A stretch of 62,711 nucleotides of DNA, the filler included, from Choristocarpus tenellus KU-1152 (taxonomy: Eukaryota > Protista > Phaeophyceae): assembly GCA_964200185.2 (NCBI GenBank). It is 12 parts of 12 records of this genome, joined end to end, with 100 filler letters (N's around TTAATTAATTAA, not from the genome) between each part and the next. Parts side by side here need not be neighbours in the genome. Positions count along the whole stretch, not along the records: positions 32,907 to 42,700 come from CAXNAD020003387.1; positions 42,801 to 46,330 come from CAXNAD020019432.1; positions 46,431 to 50,471 come from CAXNAD020016527.1; 9 more parts are not named here. One strand, written 5' to 3'. The notes under the pieces are model-generated. The model did not search any database and was not told the origin of the DNA. It saw nothing but the letters and a program-made list of their open reading frames with translations. A program made the translations under genes and the position numbers. Numbering within the stretch: position 1 is the stretch's first letter; each line of letters starts with the position of its first letter. Below are positions 36,794 to 46,890 of the stretch, in pieces.

Positions 36794-37478
36794 GTCCGAG
36801 ATTTTTGCAACATCCCTCTCCGCTGAGTCTTTAGAGGTGGTTCTTACAGAAACGTCTGATGTGCACAAAGAAGGCTCCAGCAAAGATGGAGGTAAATTAC
36901 CCTCCTCCCCTCCCACTGCGTCCTCAAATCTCTACACCCAAGAACGATGGACAACACAAGGTTGCAGTCTTGGGGATGATGCTCCCAACCAGCACCATCT
37001 GATACTTGGACCTTTATCCACTTCAGTGAATAGTCTTGCGACTGTAAACCTGGAAGATAGCACTATGCACACAGCAGTATCCCCAACCAGTGAATCCATC
37101 AAAACCATGGGCATGGTAGGCTTCTCTAGTGGAAGAACTAAGAGAAATGAGAGCATAGGAAGCATCAGGCCTGAAAGTCTAGAAGCCTGTGGTAACAGTG
37201 GAGAAGGTCAGTATGGCACCTGTGGAGCATTCGACTGCAATATGTACAGAGGTTCAAGACAGTCCTACACAGGTACAATTCCTTCCACCGTTGATGTGGT
37301 TGGGCAAACCAACCGGTTTAGCTTAGCACGCAACAAAGAAGCTAGTAGAAGTGACGACGAAGGACAAAGTAATGAGGCTTGCGAGGAAGGACAAGGAATG
37401 GAGGCCAAATGCAACAACAGATTCCCCAGATCATTGATCCTCGATGATGTCGCAGTGGAATCACGACTGAAGAACCTG
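36794..37478 (+). CDS. Next low-complexity exon of the same gene
   Basis: TTGGCAG acceptor, 228 open codons, CTG|GTGAGC donor. Confidence 0.7.
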
Positions 37479-38035
37479 GTGAGCTGATTGTTGCTTCTGC
37501 TCCGCATCATGTGATACACAATCAACTTAATCTTGGTTCAGCCTTTTGCTCTACTTAATGCCATTGCGACAATGAAAACAGTGTTGAGAAATACCATGCT
37601 GTGTACCTCCATGCAGAAGCAGGGCGAAAGAGCTAACACTGGACCTGAAACTACTTATCTTTGCCTTGCATCATCAACTGAAATATAGAGATAGTGATAC
37701 TCTCAACAGCAATAATACTTCAAAGTAGTTAAAAAAAATCTTGCTCTGAGGGTAGAACAGGAGCAGAAGTCAATGCCTGCATATGCATTGGAGCTGGAGT
37801 TCTTGGTCAATCAATGAAGAAGTCATTATAGGAGTCTCTCTATAATATATATAGATTTTCATCCATAATATATTTGTTCTGGCTACTTTCAAAGTGAGGT
37901 GTTGTTGTGCCTGTGCCAATTGTTAGAACATTCGCAAACCCCTGTGTCTACCAAGGAGGTAGTCAGCTGACTTAAAAGAAGAACACTCAACCATACTGAT
38001 TTTGGCAAAAGTAGATGCTATACACGGTAACAAGT

Positions 38036-38190
38036 CAAAGTATCTTAGAGGGTAGAGCCCCGTCCATTTGGGGGCCAAAATCCAATGTTGTGATTTCGAT
38101 ATAATTTTGGCTATTGTGTGTATTAGGAAGTGTCAATATCCTTGTTTGGACATACCTTTTCATAACTAATACATTTTACCTACTGAAATG
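38036..38190 (-). mobile_element. MITE family B, truncated copy
   Basis: CAAAGTATCTTAGAGGGTAGAGCCCCGTCCATTTGG is the reverse complement of the right part of 38401-38624. Confidence 0.85.
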
Positions 38191-38400
38191 TTGCAGAGTA
38201 GGGTATAATGCCACAAAAAACCTCTGGGAAGCCGAGCCCCAAGCCTACAAACAAGAGCAAAACTCACACCCTCTAAAACACTTTCACCCAACCCTTCCTG
38301 TCTATCATACCATTCTGCTAAGCCTATTTATTACGCACAACCCCTACAGAGAGATGGGAAAAACTATGACAAGTACATTAGGTAGATGTGAGCCAATAGT

Positions 38401-38624
38401 GAAAGTATCTTAGAGGGTACGAGTTTTGCACTGTCAATTTGGGGCTTCGCTTCCCATGGGTTTTTTTTAAATGACATTTTCCTACTCCGAAATATTTCGG
38501 AGTGTGTATGTTATATGTGTCCAGAACATGGATATTGATAAACACGATGATCAAAAATACATCAAAATCGCAACATAGGATTTTGGCGCCAAATGGACGT
38601 GGCTCTACCCTCTAAGATACTTTG
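38401..38624 (+). mobile_element. MITE family B, full-length (224 bp)
   Basis: GAAAGTATCTTAGAGGGTA ... TACCCTCTAAGATACTTTG TIRs. Confidence 0.92.
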
Positions 38625-39639
38625 GCTCCTAAAGTAAACAAGATGTATCAAGGATTTGGTCGTTTTTCTTTTTCGGTCTTTTCTAATCTATTGCTATTCA
38701 CCCATATTTCTATGCATGAAGTTTTAAGTTCGACTTGAGAGCGTTTATTTCTCTACTGTTTGAAACCTTTCCGACACAATTCAGAAAATATCCTGTACAC
38801 ATAGATTCAAAAAGTCGAATTTTGCACATATTTGCCAGCATCCTTAGAACACAACTCTAGGCACCTCTCATTTACTTTGACTCTGCAATTCCGTGATAAT
38901 CTCATGGTTGGTGTATGCTGTGATTTCTCTCAGCAAATTTTTCATGCCCTACAGTGCAAAGGGGGGAAGGGTTATGGCACAAGAAAGGTTTGAGTTTGTC
39001 AGAAAAATAAATATTAACCTCGAACTATCCGGTCCCTCAAGACACCACAGCAGGAGGCAAGAGCTCCATTCTCTCTGAAAAACCTCGGTGTGACACCTGC
39101 CATCCTCAGTTCAATGTAAAGACCAAAAGACATTTGCATTTTTTTATCTTTGTTTCATTGCCTGGGGATTTCACCCTCTCCTCATAACATTTAACTATTG
39201 CACCCGAATGAGAGAGGGGATATTGCTGCCTTACTCAACCCTTCCTGTCTATGTTTGGCCGTGCAGACAATGAGATTTTAACTGACACCGTTGATATTAG
39301 GGGTAGTTTTTGCCTTAGCTCAAAAAGCTGACCTTATCTACCCTCAGCTCCACCTGTAATTTCGCCCAGTCCGGCATGATACTTGACTCTGGGAAAAATC
39401 GCTTGTGAGTCATTACAAACAGCAAGGAGTATTTATTCTGTACAAATATCGAGGACTATTCCCATCATTTTTTTCCTTCCTCTTCTCAACATGTCTATTC
39501 CTTGCCCAACCTCCAGTGCTATCTATTCTTATAGTACCAGCTATCTTCAGTTCTCTACAGCAGACTGAAGAGGTTCATAGTACACTTTCTATTCGACCTT
39601 CCCTAAAACTGCATACCTGTTCAGCACTAGAGTACTAGA

Positions 39640-41080
39640 GATCTGCACCATCTCCAGTAAGAACACCATTCCTTCATTCTCGTACTGCCAAGTAGATACT
39701 ATCACTTCCACCTGGCGCACTACACATCATATCACATCATCTCCTCTTTGATGGCAAATAACAGGTTCGAAAGCCTGACTTTTTACTGCTGAAGAGCACG
39801 TCTCCGCAATCCAATACCCGGATCATGATCTCTGCTAGGAACGCATTCAGTCTCCTGCGACCTTCAGCTGAGGGGGAAGTGGGCAGTCGGAGATCATCTC
39901 TCAGGTGAACCCCATTCTCCGCTCCTGTGCTTTAGGCACTCTTCATGTTTGTCGCCAAAAATGAAAATCTACTTCAATCTCTGTGTGTGTGTGTGTGTGT
40001 GCAGGGGTACAGATGGTGTGTGTGGTAATAGAGATGGAGCCCGCTTTCCTGGCTAGCATGGGAGAGTTTGTACCTATAAATTTATCCATAAATATACAAC
40101 CACATTTACTAAATCCTTGTTGAGGGTGATCCAGTGGTGTACTAGCCATATCATCCGAGTATTTCATGTTGGTATTCGAAGTGCAATGTAGCGAAATATA
40201 ATTGGGGAGAACAGTGTACTCAAAGGCTAGTATTCTCAGCAGGTAATCAAGTGCAGTGCCCCATTTGAAGATAAAAGCTCCATTCATATCCCTGAGTATC
40301 AAACAACCCGTCTAAATGATCATGGTCTCGTTGAATCTGCCAATACCCAACCAAATTACGGGGTATGGCAGCAACAAGTTGGCACATAAGGAGCAATGTT
40401 CTTGTAATGTGCCTTGAGGGCGCAGGCGTACCTGGCATTGGATTTATTATCTGTTGGTACTGGGCCTTGGGAAAATGGTAAACCTAACCATGTACTGTCA
40501 ACAGCTGTTGAGAGGAGAAGGATGCAGCGGTGATGGGCAAATTTTACCTCAAGGAACTGGCACACCTTTGTTTTTGCTCCCTCAATGTTTCATCTCTTCT
40601 TGAGGGAACCACTGCACATATGACAGTCAACACAACAACCCACACTCATATCAGTATGAATGTGTCGTGTCCATTACCCTAGTTCCTGTAACTACAATAC
40701 TAAGGGCACAAAATGATACAGGAACTTACTAGAAAATTGTACAACCAGTTTCCTTAGCATCCTTTCCTACATGTACCTAATTTGAAGCATAACTACCCTT
40801 GCCATTGAAAACCCCTCAGTAGTAAAACCAGACCAATCAAACCTTGGAGAAGCCTAGCATCTCTTGGAGGGAAGTCTACCCGCAGATGTTCAACTGGAGC
40901 CAACAGGCGTCCATCTGAAGGCAACGTCAGACGATTCCATCGGACAGGGTCCTCCCCCTGTGAATACGCTGCCTATGCTCATAGCCCTGGGAGCATAACG
41001 CATGCAATTTCCTCTACACCTGGTAGTCGACATGAAGTGGATGTCAGTTCTTGGTTAGTGTTTGAGGGCAGGAACGAGGA
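39640..41080 (-). mobile_element. Decayed tyrosine-recombinase retrotransposon (Ngaro/DIRS-like)
   Basis: Minus-strand residual motifs in order: DVAFRWTPV (cf. D..AFR.IPV of RT), TWLG, then RWK..SIY-like (cf. GRWxSxxxxxY at the YR C-terminus) near 39700. Confidence 0.45.
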
Positions 41081-41088
41081 CATTGAGT

Positions 41089-41318
41089 GAAAGTATCTTA
41101 GAGGGTACGAGTTTTCCCCTGTTTGTCCATTTGGGACTTGGCTTCCCACGGGTTTAAATGACATTTTACCTACTCCAAAATGTGTCGGAGTAGGTGAAAT
41201 GTTTATGTAATGAAAAGGAGTGTCTGGAACAAGGATATTCATATCTCCTAACAAACATGATAGCCAAAATTATATCAAAATTGCAACATTGGATTTTGAT
41301 CCCAAAATGGACATGGCT
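41089..41318 (+). mobile_element. MITE family B copy; right terminus displaced and inverted to 41467-41486
   Basis: Colinear with 38401-38624 up to AAATGGACATGGCT. The missing end appears as CAAATTATCTTCGAGGGTAG in the loop of the adjacent palindrome. Confidence 0.88.
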
Positions 41319-41602
41319 GTCAAGATCAACAAGTGCAACAACAAGAATATCTCATCCTTGCATAACTTTCCTTGGATGAAACCTTTCAGTCCTGACTGTT
41401 TACATAAACACACACTATTCTACTTTCAACACCACTCCCTACCTACTTTCAACCACTCCAATGAGTCAAATTATCTTCGAGGGTAGTGGTGTTGAAAGTA
41501 GAATAGTGTGTGTTTATGTAAACAGTCAGGACTGAAAGGTTTCATCCAAGGAAAGTTATGCAAGGATGAGATATTCTTGTTGTTGCACTTGTTGATCTTG
41601 AC
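41319..41602. repeat. Perfect inverted repeat, 118-bp arms with a 48-bp spacer
   Basis: 41319-41436 is the reverse complement of 41485-41602. Confidence 0.95.
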
Positions 41603-43343
41603 TGCTTGTAGCCTGAGGTGTGTGTCTCAATGGTTCTCTGGAAGTGCTCCAAAGTAGAAGTATTCCACAAAACAATTGACTGTTCTTGATGCACGCCTCT
41701 CTTATTGACAGTAAATTTCAGCCTTACTACCACTCGTTGATTTCTTTGGGTTAGTTGAATTTTGTACCTACTCGCCTGATAGTGCCATTTTGCAAAGGGA
41801 ATGTTACTGGATGGATCAATGGGGTAGTTGAAGTTGTCTCTCGGATAAGTGACTTGGAATTTTCCGTCTATTCCTTGTTTGCTCAGTGAAGCGACCCTGG
41901 ACATCTTTTCTTTTCCGAACCCTCCCTACCAAACAGAGAATCCCCTTTAGAGGTCTATGCCATGAACCCTTCTCCTCAACTATCTCCACCCTAAACCACC
42001 CCATACCCAACATACTACCCACCACAACTTATCCCTTATATACCGTTCCCACTTCTGAATAACAACTTGGATGAGGGTTAGCCTTGACTCAAGGTCCTCC
42101 CAGAAAAGCCCTTCCTTTAACAAGGAACAGGCAAGATTGTCGTTGAAAGAGCCCCATCAGGGACAACTGGTCCCTGGCATTGGCAGAGACGAACCGGGAC
42201 GCGTTCGAAGCATTGGTGGGGAGCTAGGGAGAATCTCACCAGGTCAGGAGAGTACGGGCAACACAGGTACGACCCTTGGGACTGGAGGAGGAACAGGAAA
42301 GTAGAAGTGCAAAAAGTATCCAGGAAAAGTCGTCAAAAGCAAATATGGTGACAGGAAATAATCAAAAGCTATGAAGCAAGTGGTAGGAGGAACAGTGCTC
42401 AACTATCTTTTTCGTTGCGTACAACTCATTTTGGAGTGAGACTCGTCATTACTTGATATCTCTGTACAATACCTTACACCTCTCAATTGGCACGCACCAC
42501 AGTATGGCAACAAAAAATTCTTTACCTTGTGCCCACTAATGAAGAGGCCCATCTCGTCTGTCAAGCTACTTAACTGATAAATATTGATCCTGAAATGGGG
42601 TTGGGAGTAAAGAGGCAGACGAGTGCTGCACCATGATTCCAATTCCAATCTGTGTGCCGGCCTTTCTCAGTTGCCCAAGACCCAAAGTATCTGGGAGGGG
42701 NNNNNNNNNNNNNNNNNNNNNNNNNNNNNNNNNNNNNNNNNNNNTTAATTAATTAANNNNNNNNNNNNNNNNNNNNNNNNNNNNNNNNNNNNNNNNNNNN
42801 GAAATAATCGAGTTATTTACACACACAAGTCTTGGGAACACCAGTTTCTTTAACAGTAGCAAAAGTGAATTGGGGATCGGACCCCAGCGGCATCTTGACG
42901 TTTATCACCATCTTTTGCAGTCTAGCTATTTCATAATCTGAGTGAGTAAGAAAATACTCCCTTAGCTGTTTTTATGCTTTGGAAGGTGATTATGCAAGTG
43001 GACAATGCACCTGTAGAAACCACTGGTGCTCCTCAACAAAACGTCATAAGCATTTGTGGCCTTGACGACCTCATCTTCACTCACATCCTCCCCCTTGGTG
43101 AAATTGATATCGCCCACTCTGATAAGTTCCTCCTGGTACTCCAATAACTCGTCAGTGTCAACTTTGTACCCCCAAAAGGCATGGATTGTGGCGAACCAGT
43201 AAACATATTTATCATCAGAATATTGAAGGAGTTTGGTGTGGACCCTGTCTAAGGCCGTGAGTGATGGAAACCAAACCCAAACCACTCTAGTTCCAACCTG
43301 TGCCTCCTTTAGCTAGAGTATGTTGTCAAGGCACTTACAAGCG

Positions 43344-43606
43344 TGTTGAATAGCTTAGCGCAGGAAAGGTTCGTTGTCAGAAGCTACTGGTTGAGTTACA
43401 TGGCGGACATACACCATTTATTATTACCTACTGGTACTTATTCCGATCATTCATTATAACTGATGTATGAATGAGTACTGAATCGTCATACTTGTTATGC
43501 GCGTTACTACTTTGCATTGTACCGAGCTAAAGATCAACGTACACGAAACTATGTTACCTACTCTTATCAGCACACACAACGTAAGGATATCGCCACTTAT
43601 TCGACA
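43344..43606 (-). mobile_element. Solo LTR of the same Copia family as 15841-16110
   Basis: TGTTG...TTATTCGACA. Shares CTGGTTGAGTTACATGG and TATCAGCACACACAACGTAAG with the other LTR. Confidence 0.85.
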
Positions 43607-43939
43607 CTCTCACCTCCAGGCATCAAGCCAACAGACTGTTCTTCATTGGGGTGTTTGAGTCCTGACCCTGTACAGACTTCCGGGTCAAAGATTTGGGACC
43701 GATGGGATGAGTGAGTCCCTCGAACAATGGGGATCTTCGTTTGACAGTTTCACGTGGTTTTTGAACCTGTCAAATGCGATTTGGTTGACTTTGCACTGGT
43801 GATCCTCCACAATCATGAGAGCCCACCATCTCAAACTTTGCACTCCTCCCAATCTATGCGATAAATAAGCCTCATCCAGAGAGTTTATCACATGGATCAT
43901 TCCCGGGCGAGAGCAGAGCTTGCAAACGTTATGATACAT
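43607..43939 (-). pseudogene. Possible KDZ/CxC-associated transposase relic
   Basis: YHNVCKL (cf. YDNACxL), FDRFKNHV (cf. DRFHFKNH), DPHC, FDPEVC...EQ. May continue into ORF 42962-43285 beyond the LTR. Confidence 0.35.
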
Positions 43940-44169
43940 TTAATGTCAAACGGAGGAAGTATCATTCAAAAATAATATTTTTCTGGCACAATACATCCAC
44001 AAAAAACTGTCTAACAATAGTCTAAGATGCTCAAGGAGGAGCAAAAGATAGAACGAGGTTTGCACTGACCATCCATCTAAGGCAGTCACCTGGAGGATTC
44101 CTATTCAGCTGGACAGATTTTTTTAGTTTCACAACAGTGTAATCTGGTTCCCAGTAGTGGCATTGTTAC

Positions 44170-44680
44170 GAAACCCTGTGCAAATTTTGGTCTTGGCCGG
44201 GTTGAACACTGCAGTTCAGTGTATGGTTTCCTTTGGGTAGAGCCAGCGATGACAAGGTGGGTTGTTCCTTGTCCATAAGTAAAGCCGCACTGGACTACAG
44301 TGTTTAGCACGGCCTAGGCAGTAAAAACTATAAAAAAGAAAACCCACGTTGTGTCACTGGCTCTGCAGGTGTGATCTGCATCACAGTTCTGGCATCGGCA
44401 CGAAACCTACGCAAATGTTTGACTGCCTTGGCCGGGTTGAACAATGCAGTCCAGTGCGGCCTTCCTATGGGTAGAGCTAGCAATGACAACGTGGGTTATT
44501 ATTCCATACCCATAGTAAAGCTGCACCGCACTGCAGTGTTCAGCCTGGCCAAGACAAGTAAAAGATCTAAGTGAAAAATAGCCCACCTTGTCGTCAGTGG
44601 ATCTGTCCATAGTAAAGCTGCATTGGACTGCAGTTTTCAACCCGGTCAAGGCAGTCGAACTTGTTGCACAGATTTTTTAT
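44170..44680. repeat. Array of ~85-100-bp units in alternating orientation
   Basis: Unit CCTTGGCCGGGTTGAACACTGCAGTCCAGTGCGGCTTTACTATGGRYAGAGCCAGYGAYGACAAGGTGGGTT. Forward copies near 44190 and 44420; reverse copies or parts near 44270, 44340, 44505, 44577. Confidence 0.88.
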
Positions 44681-45613
44681 TAGCACCACTAACAGTGGAT
44701 CGAGATAATGGCGGATGGATCATTTCATGGAGGATGGATTTTTCCCAAAATGGTGTGCGGAAAGTGCCCATATGTTTTTTTTTGTAAATGTTGTGGCACT
44801 TTTTAAGGGCCCCTTTTTGAATGGGAATCCATGCCGAAGGTGGTAGTAGGACCATGTGTGGGGGGCGGCAGTGTTTTTATCTGATCATTGTGCACATGTA
44901 TGCCCTGTGTTGGATTGCTTGCTTGAATAATTAGTGCCGTCGGTGGAGTCGTTTGACTGTCGATGGTGGAGGTGGTAGAAAAAAATAGTACTTCGATGTA
45001 GTTTCTTTCGGGGCGGCATTTCATCGTCATTATTGATGGTCGACTGAGTGAGAAGAAGTGTTATTTTCCCATATAATTAAATTGTTTATCAATTATTGCT
45101 ATCGTCGCCAAGTAGAAGAAGCTACCACTGAGCGCTTATAAGTGTTGACATTATATGATGGTGGACCTCTTTCTACGAATATCTCAGTCATGCCCGAATT
45201 ATTATTTGTTGCGATCTTCCCCTCCTCCCACCCCCTGTTAGATACGCCGATCTGCATTTATCTATTTTTTCGGGAAACTTGTTTGACTTGTCATATATCG
45301 CAAGAGAACAACAGGGAGAAGAGGGAGAATAAGGCGACAACAGGCCAGAGCAAAAATATGGTTGAACAAAAATCTTCTTTCACATTAAATAAAAAAAACA
45401 TCAGCTTATCAATTTGCTGCTCATTTGTTGTATCCCTCCTCCCCCCACCACCGCGCGAAACTGTGCACGTCACCTGAAGAAAAATGGACGCCGACTCTGG
45501 TAAGCATGTTACCAGGAGTTCAACAGACACACGAACAACTTGCTTGAACTACCTACTGGATGAACGAGACATCATCAACAAAAAACACTCCCGTATGCTC
45601 TGTTTGCCGTTGG

Positions 45614-46330
45614 TCAATCATTACTTTGCCAACGTGTGCATCCGCCCGCCTCTCCACCTCCCCGTCCTTCCTGTCCGTCATCCCGTTCACCCTCTCTATC
45701 ATACACTTCATCATCCTCTTTTTCCTCTTCATCCTCCTCCGCGTCGCTGACATACTCTGGGTCGTCTTCAATGGCAGAATCACCGGCACCCCTCAATACC
45801 TTGCGACCTCCCCCCTTTCCACCCGTGCAGGAAGAGGGACACTTGCGCTTTCTATTGGTCATTGGCGTCAAGTCCGATTCCGAATCCACCACTTCGAACC
45901 CACGAGAACGCACTACCGTAACATCCGGGAGCACGTTGAATGGTGATCTCGTGTCATTCTTTGCCCGGGGTTTGTACACCCTCCCAACTACAGGCGTGAC
46001 GAACATCTGCCCGGGGCCAACCTGGGAGAAGAGGAGGAGGACCTGTTGACGGCTTCCGCTCTGCGGAACTTTTGATGTGAATTCAATGTTGGCGTCGTCT
46101 CCTTTCTCGGTCCAACGCATGTAGTAGAGAGGGCAAGTGGCTGCCACGCGCAAAGTAGAGCTCTGCGCACGGTCCACACACCTCCATTCCAGGCGAGAGC
46201 ATGCGCTTGAGTTGTCTGTTGTTGGCCACATGAAGCAGCCGAATGCACTGTTTTTCTTGGTCTTCAAGAGAGATCGAACGGAAGGCCTCTGATCGAGAGT
46301 TGCACACTTGGAGATCACCCCACGCAGAGA
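45614..46330 (-). CDS. Intronless orphan ORF with basic patch and acidic tail, 5'-truncated by contig end
   Basis: At least 234 open codons, GC-richer than flanks, RKRK then EDEEEKEDDE. No recognised domain. Confidence 0.5.
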   Translation of the reverse strand, partial: SLRGVISKCATLDQRPSVRSLLKTKKNSAFGCFMWPTTDNSSACSRLEWRCVDRAQSSTLRVAATCPLYYMRWTEKGDDANIEFTSKVPQSGSRQQVLLLFSQVGPGQMFVTPVVGRVYKPRAKNDTRSPFNVLPDVTVVRSRGFEVVDSESDLTPMTNRKRKCPSSCTGGKGGGRKVLRGAGDSAIEDDPEYVSDAEEDEEEKEDDEVYDREGERDDGQEGRGGGEAGGCTRWQSND

Positions 46331-46430
46331 NNNNNNNNNNNNNNNNNNNNNNNNNNNNNNNNNNNNNNNNNNNNTTAATTAATTAANNNNNNNNNNNNNN
46401 NNNNNNNNNNNNNNNNNNNNNNNNNNNNNN

Positions 46431-46890
46431 GGGGGGGTGACCCTCACACGACGGCCTAGCTAGGTGGGAGGAGAGGGACCAGGAGTTGAGGAGTCAGGCC
46501 ACCTGCTTGTCCTCCATCTTGCTGAGGTGTGTGACCAAAGTTCGTGTCCCAGAGCTCTCAATCACCTCGGCCATATGGGCTTGGATAAAGCCATCTGTTT
46601 CCACGGGAGCCCCCAATGTGACTAAAACCATTTGGGTTCGGGGTTCGGCTGATTCCTGGTAGAAAGAAGCTCCAGTTCTGAGGGCGTGGGATGGTGGCCC
46701 TGGGGAGGTGCGGCAATCTTCATGTCCATATTTAAGTCAATGTCTACCTCATCGAGGTCAGTTTTTAACTGCTCGAAAGCAGCTATGGTGGTAGGGTCGA
46801 TCACCCTTGCAGATATGGACGTGTCATCCAGATAGCTCCGGGAGGAAATCCGTTGGGGTTGAAAGACTGATTAGACCTGTTGCAAGGCCT
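46431..46890 (-). mobile_element. Non-LTR retrotransposon RT fragment (CRE/R2-like type)
   Basis: SYLDDTS catalytic motif near 46830, followed by VTLGAPVETDGF. Confidence 0.7.

Noticed and set aside
41603-42400. Possible Gypsy RT relic (DNFNYPID, FQR)
   Set aside because: Only faint motif resemblance.
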